Below the pieces are notes generated by a model. That model did no database searches and was not told the DNA's origin. It was given only the letters and a program-made list of their open reading frames with translations. A DNA stretch of 64,000 nt from positions 42,831 through 106,830 of the IMG/VR virus record IMGVR_UViG_3300025545_000003; one strand, given 5' to 3'. Each line of letters begins with the position of its first letter. Position 1 is the first letter of the stretch. Shown here in pieces: positions 1-8,508 of this stretch. The translations under genes were made by a program, and so were the position numbers. The DNA comes from a virus.

Positions 1-1
1 G

Positions 2-193
2 GTCGGTGTTCCCCTCTGGATGTACCGCTCAGAGAAGAAGAAGGTGGAGGCCGGGTGTTGCGGGAAGCCGTGGATCTCCTACTGCCGTGACTCACAGGGC
101 GGCATCGGCTTGAACTGTCAGGAGTGCGACAACGGCACTTGGGTATCCTACTACCGCAAGGGCTTCGTTGAGGGCGAACAGCAACCATTCTAG
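2..193 (+). CDS. 3' end of a Cys-rich hypothetical protein (partial)
   Basis: Open frame from the window edge (VGVPLWMYR...CQECDNG...QQPF*) ending in TAG at 191-193. Confidence 0.5.
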   Translation, partial: VGVPLWMYRSEKKKVEAGCCGKPWISYCRDSQGGIGLNCQECDNGTWVSYYRKGFVEGEQQPF

Positions 194-263
194 GCTCGTA
201 GCTCAGTGGGAGAGCGCCTGCTTCACACGCAGGAAGTCCCCGGTTCAAAACCGGGCGGGCCTA
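192..263 (+). tRNA. tRNA-Val(CAC)
   Basis: AGGCTCG/CGGGCCT acceptor; anticodon arm CCTGC-TTCACAC-GCAGG; T loop TTCAAAA; no encoded CCA. Confidence 0.93.
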
Positions 264-281
264 CTTTGAAGGAGGGCTAAC

Positions 282-809
282 ATGGAAAGCACACGCAGAG
301 GGTTCCTTGCAGGAGCCGCTGGAGTCACAGGTTGGCTCCTGTTCGGCAAGGGTGCCGAAGCCGCAGCGAAGGCCGAGGGCAACCGTGTCCTGCGGGAGTT
401 CGATGAGGACGTTGAGGGGTTTCCGCATCACGTCATCGAGATGCAGTTGACCTACGACAACCCGATGCTCCAGTTCGACGTGCCACTGCCGGACTCGGAC
501 TTCGATGGCCTACAGATCAGCATCCCAAGGCGTCAGACGGTGGGCCGCCACACGGCGACGGAGCTTGTGGACTACCACAAGCGGAGCCAACCCGACGGTG
601 ACATCTGGGGGATCATCCGCCAGCGTGTACCCCAGATGGCACAGGCGAGGGTGAAGAATCCCGCCTACGGCGACCACAAGATGCACATCGCCACGGTGGT
701 GTGCCACTGCCCGAGCGGGATCGAGGTGGGCATGACGGTGTTGCCCGTAGGCGTGACCGTCGAGGACATGCACCTGACCATCCCGGCAACGCTGTTGCCG
801 CAGTCCTGA
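282..809 (+). CDS. Hypothetical protein with twin-arginine (Tat) signal peptide
   Basis: N-terminus STRRGFL, hydrophobic stretch, AEA/AAA cleavage-like site; GGAGGG RBS. Confidence 0.7.
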   Translation: MESTRRGFLAGAAGVTGWLLFGKGAEAAAKAEGNRVLREFDEDVEGFPHHVIEMQLTYDNPMLQFDVPLPDSDFDGLQISIPRRQTVGRHTATELVDYHKRSQPDGDIWGIIRQRVPQMAQARVKNPAYGDHKMHIATVVCHCPSGIEVGMTVLPVGVTVEDMHLTIPATLLPQS

Positions 810-827
810 CAACGCACAAGGCTCCAA

Positions 828-903
828 GGGCGAGTAGCGCAGTGGAAGTAGCACCGGCTTTACAAGCCGTAGGTCGTGGGTTCAATCCCCACCTCGCCCA
901 CCA
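828..903 (+). tRNA. tRNA-Val(TAC)
   Basis: GGGCGAG/CTCGCCC-A-CCA; loop TT-TAC-AA. Confidence 0.9.
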
Positions 904-907
904 TTCA

Positions 908-935
908 GGCTTAGCCGGACGCCCGTCCGTGTAGA
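908..935 (+). promoter_or_regulatory. Phage promoter motif GGCTTAG-N15-TGTAGA
   Basis: One of 12 copies with identical spacing found just upstream of genes. Confidence 0.7.
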
Positions 936-942
936 GAACCTC

Positions 943-1248
943 ATGAAGCAGGAAACCCAAGAGTGCCCCCTGTGCCACCGTGACTGCCCACAGGCGATCA
1001 TGACGGAGCACCACTTGAAGACCCGCAGGGTGGACAAGGACGACACGGCGATGCTGTGCCGGGAGTGCCACAAGACGGTACACGGGCTCTTTGACAACAA
1101 GGAACTACGGGACTCGTCCAGAGGGCTGGACACGGTCGAGGGGCTGCTTGCAGACCCCTTGATCCGAAAGGCCCTCTCCCACATCAGGAAGCTCCCGCCC
1201 GGTCAGTTCATGCGGATGTATCGGGCCGGACGCCGCAAGAAGCGCTAG
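943..1248 (+). CDS. Small HNH-family protein
   Basis: CPLC...EHHL...CRECHKTVH. Confidence 0.75.
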   Translation: MKQETQECPLCHRDCPQAIMTEHHLKTRRVDKDDTAMLCRECHKTVHGLFDNKELRDSSRGLDTVEGLLADPLIRKALSHIRKLPPGQFMRMYRAGRRKKR

Positions 1249-1264
1249 ACACCAATCCAAACAT

Positions 1265-1338
1265 GCCCCGGTAGCTCAGTGGATTAGAGCACACCCCTGC
1301 GGAGGGTGGGGTCGGAGGTTCGAATCCTCTCCGGGGTA
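1265..1338 (+). tRNA. tRNA-Arg(GCG)
   Basis: GCCCCGG/CCGGGGT; CACCC-CTGCGGA-GGGTG; GGAGG-TTCGAAT-CCTCT. Confidence 0.9.
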
Positions 1339-1398
1339 CTTGTGCGCCCGTAGCTTTATGGTTTCTCCTCCGGTATTATCCGGGCAACAGGAGGAACC

Positions 1399-1911
1399 AT
1401 GCCAACCTGCAAGAAATGTGGTGTCTCATTCCCCAACAGGATAACGGTTGAGGGGGGCAGGCGAAACATCTCCAGACGGAAATTCTGCCTGACATGTTCC
1501 CCTTGGGGGTCTCGAAACCGAAAAGACCTGAGTGCCCCCTCGATTACCAGCGGAGTGAAAACCTGCCCTCGGTGTGGGGACGTGAAGGAACTCACTGAGT
1601 TCTACACCAGACGGAGAGGTAAGGAGTCCGAGCCTTCCTCCTACTGTAAGGCATGCGCCGCAGAGGAAGCACGGGGACGTATGCGGGCATTGAAAGCCCG
1701 TTGCGTTGAGTACAAGGGAGGCGGGTGCCGGGTTTGTGGGTACTCGAAAAGCCTCGCTGCGTTGGATTTCCATCACAGGGATCCCAAGGAGAAAGGTTAC
1801 GGGATTTCGCAGATCCGAGGTTGGAAATTCGAACGGGTAAAGGAAGAATTAGATAAATGTGACCTTCTGTGTCGGAATTGCCACTCAGAGGTTCATGACG
1901 AGGCCCTGTAA
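1399..1911 (+). CDS. HNH homing endonuclease with N-terminal Zn fingers
   Basis: CKKC, CPRC, CRVCG...LDFHH...LCRNCHSEVH; lower GC than flanks. Confidence 0.88.
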   Translation: MPTCKKCGVSFPNRITVEGGRRNISRRKFCLTCSPWGSRNRKDLSAPSITSGVKTCPRCGDVKELTEFYTRRRGKESEPSSYCKACAAEEARGRMRALKARCVEYKGGGCRVCGYSKSLAALDFHHRDPKEKGYGISQIRGWKFERVKEELDKCDLLCRNCHSEVHDEAL

Positions 1912-1974
1912 CCCAGTGGATAGGGTGCCTGACTTCGAATCAGGTTGTCGCAGGTTCGAGTCCTGCCAGGGCCA
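1902..1974 (+). tRNA. tRNA-Arg(TCG)
   Basis: GGCCCTG/CAGGGCC; CCTGA-CTTCGAA-TCAGG; overlaps the HNH stop codon. Confidence 0.92.
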
Positions 1975-2011
1975 TCAGGTTGGGAGTTCGAATCTCCCCG
2001 GGCGTTCTTTT

Positions 2012-2088
2012 CAGGGGGTAGCTCAGTCTGGCAGAGTCCCGGCCTTGGACGCCGGTTGTCGCGGGTTCGAATCCCGCCTCCCTGACCA
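2012..2088 (+). tRNA. tRNA-Pro(TGG)
   Basis: CAGGGGG/CTCCCTG-A-CCA; CCGGC-CTTGGAC-GCCGG. Confidence 0.93.
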
Positions 2089-2188
2089 GCCGTAGGAAAA
2101 GCGTTGATCACGTATTGTTCAGATAGGAGTATGAGGGGGAGTGCCATGACCGGCATGTCGTAATCAACAACCCTCCGAGGAGGCGGAG

Positions 2189-2734
2189 ATGGAAACCTTG
2201 GTTTTGAGTCAGAGTTACACGCCGATAAGCCGAGTCCCGTGGCAGAAGGCCATCACATGGGTCGTGCTGGATCGTGCCGAAGTCGTAGAAGAGTACGACG
2301 AGGCCCAGATCCGCTCCGCCTACAAGGTCTTCCCGATGCCGTCGGTTATCCGTCTGCTCCACAACGTGACTGGCTTGTTCCGCAAGGGTGCGAAGTTCAA
2401 CCGCAAGAACGTATGGCTCCGTGACAAGGGGAAGTGCCAGTACTGCGGGACCAAGGTCTCCATGTCTGACTTCACGTTCGACCACGTCGTGCCCCAGTCC
2501 AAGGGCGGGCGCACCAAGTGGGAGAACATCGTCGTGGCCTGCTACAAGTGCAACCAGCGGAAGGGTGACCTCACCTTGGAGAAGGCACGGATGCGCCTGC
2601 GTGTCCCGCCGGTAAAGCCGAGGTCGCTGCCCGGTATGGCGTTCCCGACGTTGACGTGGGGAGACAAGATGCCGGAGACGTGGAAGGACTACCTCGGCTC
2701 CTACAGCTACTGGAACCAGTCCCTCAAGGAATGA
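2189..2734 (+). CDS. HNH endonuclease (McrA-like family)
   Basis: RKNVWLRDKGKCQYCG...TFDHVVPQSKGG...WENIVVACYKCNQRKG. Confidence 0.9.
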   Translation: METLVLSQSYTPISRVPWQKAITWVVLDRAEVVEEYDEAQIRSAYKVFPMPSVIRLLHNVTGLFRKGAKFNRKNVWLRDKGKCQYCGTKVSMSDFTFDHVVPQSKGGRTKWENIVVACYKCNQRKGDLTLEKARMRLRVPPVKPRSLPGMAFPTLTWGDKMPETWKDYLGSYSYWNQSLKE

Positions 2735-2738
2735 CCTG

Positions 2739-2772
2739 GCCGGGGTCGGATTCGTCCGACCCCGGTTTCTTT
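2739..2772 (+). terminator. Intrinsic terminator
   Basis: GCCGGGGTCGGA-TTCG-TCCGACCCCGGT followed by TTCTTT. Confidence 0.8.
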
Positions 2773-2786
2773 CCTCTACTACCATC

Positions 2787-2814
2787 GGCTTAGCCGCCCT
2801 ACTTCTAGGGTAGA
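2787..2814 (+). promoter_or_regulatory. Phage promoter motif GGCTTAG-N15-GGTAGA
   Basis: Conserved bipartite motif upstream of the Nudix gene. Confidence 0.7.
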
Positions 2815-2834
2815 GTCCCATGAGGAGGTGCTGC

Positions 2835-3410
2835 ATGGCCGGACACGATCAACTAGAACTCGACGTCGCCTATCACGGCGGACAGATCATCAACCTGACC
2901 CCCGACGCTGATTGGGTTTCTCTTCGCAAGATCGAGATCCCCTCCAAGAACATCGGATACGACTACGCCCACGAGGAGAAGTCCCGTGGACACATCATCG
3001 CCGTGCTCCCCTTCAGGGTGTCCTACGTGAGTGGGAACCGTGAGTATCTCATCCGCTCCGAAGTGATCCCGCCGTGGGGCCTCGCTCCGCAAACGTGTGC
3101 CGTCACAGGCTCATGGGACAAGGAAGGCGAAACCTTCGATGAGGTAGCCGTTCGGGAGATGCTGGAGGAGACCGGGTTCACCGTGACCCTCGGCGAACTG
3201 ATCGACTTGGGAACCTGCCGGGGCACCAAGGCGCTGGACACCGTCTACCACCTCTACGCCGTGGACACGTCCGGGAAGATCCCGGAGGAACCGACAGGTG
3301 ATGGTTCAGAGATGGAAGCCCTCGCCGGGATGCTTTGGGTAGAGTCGTTGGTGGACGTGGAGGATCCCCTGGTCCCCACGATGTTCCTTCGTCTTCAGTC
3401 CAAGGGGTAG
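2835..3410 (+). CDS. Nudix hydrolase
   Basis: Nudix box G-x-E-x7-REMLEETG; GAGGAGG RBS before ATG 2835. Confidence 0.85.
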   Translation: MAGHDQLELDVAYHGGQIINLTPDADWVSLRKIEIPSKNIGYDYAHEEKSRGHIIAVLPFRVSYVSGNREYLIRSEVIPPWGLAPQTCAVTGSWDKEGETFDEVAVREMLEETGFTVTLGELIDLGTCRGTKALDTVYHLYAVDTSGKIPEEPTGDGSEMEALAGMLWVESLVDVEDPLVPTMFLRLQSKG

Positions 3411-3413
3411 CGG

Positions 3414-4040
3414 ATGGCTCACAAGATCAAGCCCACAGATATCACCCTCGCCCACAGACGCCCTCCAACGTGGAAGGGCTGGATCCCAACCTTCACCGGA
3501 GACGGGTTCAACGTCCTGAAACCCGAGGTAGACCAGATCCGATTGGAGGACCTGGCCCACGGCCTCGCCTTCAAGTTCCGGTACGCTGGACAGACGACGC
3601 CCGTGACGGTCGCCGAGCACTCCATCATGGTTTCAAGGGTGATCGGGATTCTGTGGCCCGAGTCCAAAGAGATGGCGGGCGGCCTACTCCATGACTCCTG
3701 CCAAGCGTACCTGCACGACATCCAGAGTCCCGTCCGGCGATACGCCCGCATGGATCTCCCCCACGGAGAGAGCATCCCGTGGGACAAGCTAGAGGCCAAG
3801 GTCAACGGGATCATCGCCAAGGCGTTGGGGCTGGAGCCCCGATTCTGGGCCACCGCTACGGTGAAGGCTGCGAACCTGCTGGCAGTAGTGATCGAACGCA
3901 GGGACTGTGCGGTCCTCTCAAGGCAGACCCGCAAGGGCCTCCCCAAGCTGCCGGAGGAGATCGACCACCTGCATCTGTCCTACTTGTCGCCGGAGGATGC
4001 ACAGGAAGCGTTCTTGGCCGAGTACAGCAGCCTGACCTAG
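3414..4040 (+). CDS. HD-domain phosphohydrolase (YfdR/YfbR-like), degenerate active site
   Basis: EDLAHGL...RYAG...VAEHS...LLHD. Confidence 0.8.
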   Translation: MAHKIKPTDITLAHRRPPTWKGWIPTFTGDGFNVLKPEVDQIRLEDLAHGLAFKFRYAGQTTPVTVAEHSIMVSRVIGILWPESKEMAGGLLHDSCQAYLHDIQSPVRRYARMDLPHGESIPWDKLEAKVNGIIAKALGLEPRFWATATVKAANLLAVVIERRDCAVLSRQTRKGLPKLPEEIDHLHLSYLSPEDAQEAFLAEYSSLT

Positions 4041-4249
4041 TCCTCTTCCTCTGCCACGTCGACGGTGATCTCCTTCTCAGGGACCAACTCCAACAGGTCT
4101 TCCGCAATATCGCCGATCAGGTCAGCGTTCTCTGCCAGTTGTACCCGCTGAACCACGACGGTCTCTTCCGTCCCTGCGGTAGCGGCCTTCAACAAGGCCG
4201 AGAACTCTTTGAGGAGTGAGATCCTCTTGGCAAGCGCACGCTGGTTCAT
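4037..4249 (-). CDS. Hypothetical protein
   Basis: ORF coupled to upstream gene; acidic tail. Confidence 0.55.
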   Translation of the reverse strand: MNQRALAKRISLLKEFSALLKAATAGTEETVVVQRVQLAENADLIGDIAEDLLELVPEKEITVDVAEEED

Positions 4250-4704
4250 GGTTCCCCCGTAATGGCTCTGCACGCCGCCCTGAGTGCCCCCTGGAGCGTT
4301 TGCTCTGCGATGTGGGCATCGTCGGGCAGGAACGGCCCCTTGCAGCCCCAGCAGTCATTCTCGGGGCAATCAGGGTCCGTGTAGAACACAGGCTCGAGAC
4401 TGAAGGCGTTGGCGTTGTCCAACAGGGCCTCTGCGTCGTTCGCCTCTACGAACAGGTCGGCGTAGGACTGGAGGAGCGTGGCCTTCAGGACAGGGTCCAT
4501 GGTGAAGCCCGTCTCACAACACCCCGTGCGGAGGATGCCGAGGCGGCTGTCCCCGTTGTGCTTGCCGTGGATGTAGGAGTGCCGAGTGCAACGACCCCAC
4601 AGGGCGTGCAGGGACGGGAACTCTCCCCGCTTGCACAGGCCGCAGTGAGGCTTGATCTGGTAGCCTACATCCCGAAGGGTCTGGAACTTCATCTCGTCGG
4701 GCAT
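4246..4704 (-). CDS. Cys-rich hypothetical protein
   Basis: GAGGAGGAG RBS; CGLC, GCC motifs. Confidence 0.55.
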   Translation of the reverse strand: MPDEMKFQTLRDVGYQIKPHCGLCKRGEFPSLHALWGRCTRHSYIHGKHNGDSRLGILRTGCCETGFTMDPVLKATLLQSYADLFVEANDAEALLDNANAFSLEPVFYTDPDCPENDCWGCKGPFLPDDAHIAEQTLQGALRAACRAITGEP

Positions 4705-4714
4705 GTTCTCCTCC

Positions 4715-5200
4715 TCAGTACAGGGCGAGCACCACGATAGGCCAGAGGAAGGCCAGATGCCATAGTTGGTCAATGACCAGCACGAGGGACGGGCGGAACA
4801 GGAGCGGGGTCGTGATGAATTCATAGTTGGGGAATATGTCGGTCGGGACTTGGACATCAGTGCCCGTGAAGCTGCCGTCGTCCTCCGGTATCCGCATCGA
4901 AGTCATGCGGCGGAGGTACTTCGCCCACAGGAACACCACGAGGTAGGTGTCCCCGATGAAGTGGCTGACGTACAGGAGCAGGAAGCCCAACACCATCTCC
5001 CACGACTCCAGCCCGTACAGGTAGAAAGCCGGGATGAACATCACGGAGTAAATCAGGCAGTGGAGCGCCAGAATCCCGAACTTGTGGGACTTGGCCTCCG
5101 CCATCTTCTCGGTCTGGGTCAGCCAGTCGGCCACGAAATGCCAGAACACGAGGGGGACGAACAGGCCACCCGCTAGTGCGATGGTTTCAAGGGTGATCAT
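4715..5200 (-). CDS. DUF3307-family membrane protein
   Basis: HFVADW..Q, LH..IY, SHF..D, DQLWH pattern with hydrophobic segments. Confidence 0.75.
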   Translation of the reverse strand: MITLETIALAGGLFVPLVFWHFVADWLTQTEKMAEAKSHKFGILALHCLIYSVMFIPAFYLYGLESWEMVLGFLLLYVSHFIGDTYLVVFLWAKYLRRMTSMRIPEDDGSFTGTDVQVPTDIFPNYEFITTPLLFRPSLVLVIDQLWHLAFLWPIVVLALY

Positions 5201-5541
5201 GGTTTCTCCCTTGGGTGTTCCTCAACGACCACCCCGATGACAGACCCGCAGTAGGATGAGAACACACGCTTGACGTCGCCGTTCCCGAACTGCATCAGGC
5301 CGTCCTTCAGGAAGATGGCAGGGCCCTGGTAGTGGGTGTCTTGGACGTAGCAGACGGAGGATTGCTCGAACCAGTCTACCCGAGGGTGGCTGGCGAACCG
5401 GACACGCAGGGTCTCCCCGGTGTTCGGGTGTTGGATAGTGGCCCACACATCCTCATCTGCCCGGAGCGCTCGTACCTTGTCCTGCGGCAGGGGGAAACAC
5501 TGAGGTTTCTTGTGTCTCTTGTCGTGTCCGGGTTTGGGCAT
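5197..5541 (-). CDS. Hypothetical protein
   Basis: ORF in operon with overlapping stop/start. Confidence 0.5.
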   Translation of the reverse strand: MPKPGHDKRHKKPQCFPLPQDKVRALRADEDVWATIQHPNTGETLRVRFASHPRVDWFEQSSVCYVQDTHYQGPAIFLKDGLMQFGNGDVKRVFSSYCGSVIGVVVEEHPREKP

Positions 5542-5542
5542 G

Positions 5543-6271
5543 TCAGCCTCGTAGCTTGGCGAGGATGCCTGGTAGGTCACTCATGGGTCGGAAAGAGGGC
5601 TTCCCCATGCGGTGAGCCATGTAGTTGCAGCCGGGGTGGATCGGATTCGGCCCCACGGCAGGCTTGTCGTCCACGAACTGCCCCGTCCACCCGCACTTGG
5701 TGCAGATGTACACGTCCAGGTCGGGACAGGCCAACAGGTCGCCCCTGTGGATGAAGTTCTCCGGGGTCTCTCCGTTCTCGAACAGCTTGGTCGCTGCCAG
5801 CACGGCCCAAGCCTTGTCGCTGGAGTGGATCTCCCCGTAGAAGGTCAGGAGGACGTCGGGCCGCACGACCTTCGAACCGTCAGGCAACTCCAGCGTGGGG
5901 TAGTCCCCGACGAAGAAGTCGATGGTCAGGCGGTACTCCGGGTGCTTCTTGTCGTCCACGACCCGCTCGTACCGGCGGAAGTCCTCTGCGCTGGGCAGGC
6001 GGTCGTACTTCGTATTGACCTTCTTGTACCCCAGGACGCTCAGGAGGCCCATGACGGTGCCTACTGCCTCCTTCGGGCAGTGTATGTCCACGTCCTTGTG
6101 ATCGTGGGCGTGCTTGCGTTCAGCGTGGCCTGGGGGCGAGAGCAGGTGCCAAGCCCAACCGCCAGAGAACACGACGAAGGGCTTGAGAGGTTCCATGTCC
6201 GTTGCATAGGCGTCGATCTTGTACTGGTGCCAGCACTCGCCGTACCGCTCAGGGTTGTGTGGATCAGCCAT
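5543..6271 (-). CDS. Pol-beta-superfamily nucleotidyltransferase-like protein with C-terminal Zn finger
   Basis: GGWA...H-x-DVD motif; CTKC. Confidence 0.65.
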   Translation of the reverse strand: MADPHNPERYGECWHQYKIDAYATDMEPLKPFVVFSGGWAWHLLSPPGHAERKHAHDHKDVDIHCPKEAVGTVMGLLSVLGYKKVNTKYDRLPSAEDFRRYERVVDDKKHPEYRLTIDFFVGDYPTLELPDGSKVVRPDVLLTFYGEIHSSDKAWAVLAATKLFENGETPENFIHRGDLLACPDLDVYICTKCGWTGQFVDDKPAVGPNPIHPGCNYMAHRMGKPSFRPMSDLPGILAKLRG

Positions 6272-6274
6272 CTG

Positions 6275-6535
6275 TCAATCCTTATCAAACATGCGGTCGA
6301 GCGACCGGCTCATTGAATCCAAGGACTTCGACATCTCCGCCATGGACTCGTCGAACGCTGCGAGGGCCTTCTTGCCCTCCGGGCTCTCCGGGTCGATGTC
6401 CTTGCCGTTGACACGCAGGACAGTCACCTCGCCGTTCTCTCGAACGACCTTGGTGGAGGTGGACTCGAAAACCTCCCGGTCGATGGGGTTTATGACCCTC
6501 TTCAGGCGGCGGAAGGCTCGTCCAAGGGCACTCAT
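6275..6535 (-). CDS. Hypothetical protein
   Basis: Coupled ORF in operon. Confidence 0.55.
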   Translation of the reverse strand: MSALGRAFRRLKRVINPIDREVFESTSTKVVRENGEVTVLRVNGKDIDPESPEGKKALAAFDESMAEMSKSLDSMSRSLDRMFDKD

Positions 6536-7467
6536 TTCAGGGCATCTCCGATCTCTTCCCAAAGGCCGTCGTCGTCCATCGAGGTGCCCGAAAGGGCGTC
6601 CCTCGTGTCCGAGATGACCTCAAGGTCGTCAATGACGGACACGTCTACGAGGTTGTCCACCGTGGTGTCGAGCAGCTTGCTGGACACGTCGGCCATACCC
6701 GCCGACCGAACCTGCTGGTTCACCTTCTCGATGTGGTGGGCGATGCCTTCGGCCTGTGCCACGGCCAGCCCCTCACGGCGTTCCAGCTTGGGGATCGACT
6801 CCACCTTGGACTTCAGGGTACGGAGGCGCTCGCTGATCACGATCCGGGTGCTGGGGTCGGCCTCTGCGGCCTGTTCCCGTAGACGCCCGAACTCCGTCCG
6901 CAGGCTGTCCTTGTCCATACGGAGGAGGGCGGCCTTGGCATCCTTGGCCGTGTTGTGCAGGGCCAGCCAGTTGTTGATCATCTCGTCCAGCTTCCTGATC
7001 TGGCTGGTGGAGATCGAACTCTTGCGAACGTCATGCAGCTTGCGGAGTTCGTGGACGACCTCGCACATCCGCAGGAACGTCCGCTTGTGCTCCATCGTGC
7101 TGTCTTGGTTACGGACTCGCCGGTAACCGCTGTCCGGGTTCAGGTCTAGCTGGTGCCATGCCACGTCTACACCGAACACGGCACCGAGGAACCCAAGGGA
7201 TTGATCAGGCTCCAACCCCCACAGGGAGCGGAGGTAGTACCAGCGCTGCTCATCCACGTCCTCGGTCTTGGCGGTCACCGTGAGGAACCGCTGGACGAGG
7301 GCTAGGTCGGGAAGGATCCACAGGAAGGCGACCTCAATCCCGAGCACCACGAACAACCCCGTCATGCCACCCGAGGCGAGTCCGATGACAATGCCTCCTG
7401 CGAGGAATGACAGGTTGAGCCAATGCGTCAGGAAGGCCATCCGGTAGTTGGGGGTTTTATCGGACAC
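6532..7467 (-). CDS. Membrane protein with two TM helices and a coiled coil
   Basis: Hydrophobic N-terminus, helical charged C-terminus, GGAGG RBS. Confidence 0.7.
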   Translation of the reverse strand: MSDKTPNYRMAFLTHWLNLSFLAGGIVIGLASGGMTGLFVVLGIEVAFLWILPDLALVQRFLTVTAKTEDVDEQRWYYLRSLWGLEPDQSLGFLGAVFGVDVAWHQLDLNPDSGYRRVRNQDSTMEHKRTFLRMCEVVHELRKLHDVRKSSISTSQIRKLDEMINNWLALHNTAKDAKAALLRMDKDSLRTEFGRLREQAAEADPSTRIVISERLRTLKSKVESIPKLERREGLAVAQAEGIAHHIEKVNQQVRSAGMADVSSKLLDTTVDNLVDVSVIDDLEVISDTRDALSGTSMDDDGLWEEIGDALK

Positions 7468-7476
7468 GGGGGCCTC

Positions 7477-8508
7477 CTAAACGCTGATGGTCAACTCACC
7501 GCCACTGTCAGAAGCCTCTGAGGCGTCACTGATCAGGTGCAGGATCTTGGCTTCCAGACCGGCATACTCCGGCGTGTGCTTCCAGTCCTCCGGCCTGTTC
7601 GCAGGCAGTCGGATGTCGCCAGCGATGGTAGCCGGTCGGGTGGAGAGCACGATGATGCGGTCGGCCAGATCGAGGGCACGGCGCACGTTGTGCGTCACGA
7701 ACAGGATAAGGCAGGGGTACTTGTCCCGCAAGCGCACGATGATCTCTTGCATCGCCTTGCTGGACGTCGGGTCGAGGGCGCTGAACGGCTCGTCCATGCA
7801 CAGGATCTTGGGCTCAACGACCAGCGAGGTAGCGAGGCTACACCGCTGCTTCATCCCACCCGAAAGCTGATGCGGGAACTGGTGAAGGGAGTCACCCAAC
7901 CCGACCTCTTTCAGCAGGGTGATGGCCTTGGCCTCGATCTCCTTGTAGGGATCCGAACACGGGATCTTCAGGCGGGTGGCCTCAAAGCGGTCACCGATGG
8001 CCGCTACGAAGTCCTGCGCCACCTCCCAGGGCCAACGGGGCCGGGGGCCGAACAGGAACGGCTTGAAGGAGAGCATGACGTTGCCCAACACGGACAGCCA
8101 CGGGACCAGCACAGGGCTCTGGAACACCGTGACGACGTCGTCGTGCGGGGTCAGCACGGCCTCTCCGTTGATGCAGCACTCGCCCACCGTCGGCATCCGA
8201 ATGCCTCTGGGGTGCATGCCGGACACCATCCGCAGGAGGGTGGACTTGCCGCAGCCGGACGGCCCGAGGATGGCGATGGTCTGGTTGCCCTCCACCGTGA
8301 AGGTGATGTCCTTGACCACCTCGACCAGTTCGCCGTCGTTCCTGAAGGTCTGCCCGCAGCCCTTGAAGTCCAGCTTCAGGTCGCTGCCCTTGGCCGCCAC
8401 GGGGGCGGGAACGGGAGCCGGGGTAGCCGCCACAGGGGCAGCGGGTGCGGCGAAAGCCTCGTCGATGGAGACGTGTCCGTCTCCGGTGTTGTCCGCTGTG
8501 CCGCTCAT
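7477..8508 (-). CDS. ABC transporter ATP-binding subunit (NitT/TauT family)
   Basis: GPSGCGKS, LSGGMKQR, MDEPFSALD, VTHN. Confidence 0.93.
   Translation of the reverse strand: MSGTADNTGDGHVSIDEAFAAPAAPVAATPAPVPAPVAAKGSDLKLDFKGCGQTFRNDGELVEVVKDITFTVEGNQTIAILGPSGCGKSTLLRMVSGMHPRGIRMPTVGECCINGEAVLTPHDDVVTVFQSPVLVPWLSVLGNVMLSFKPFLFGPRPRWPWEVAQDFVAAIGDRFEATRLKIPCSDPYKEIEAKAITLLKEVGLGDSLHQFPHQLSGGMKQRCSLATSLVVEPKILCMDEPFSALDPTSSKAMQEIIVRLRDKYPCLILFVTHNVRRALDLADRIIVLSTRPATIAGDIRLPANRPEDWKHTPEYAGLEAKILHLISDASEASDSGGELTISV

Larger units (their letters stand above)
1344..2006 (+). pseudogene. Disrupted tRNA-Arg-like gene (5' piece 1344-1355, 3' piece 1978-2006) bracketing an HNH gene and tRNA-Arg(TCG)
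   Basis: GCGCCCGTAGCT pairs as an acceptor stem with ...GGGAG-TTCGAAT-CTCCC-CGGGCGT. Confidence 0.75.
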
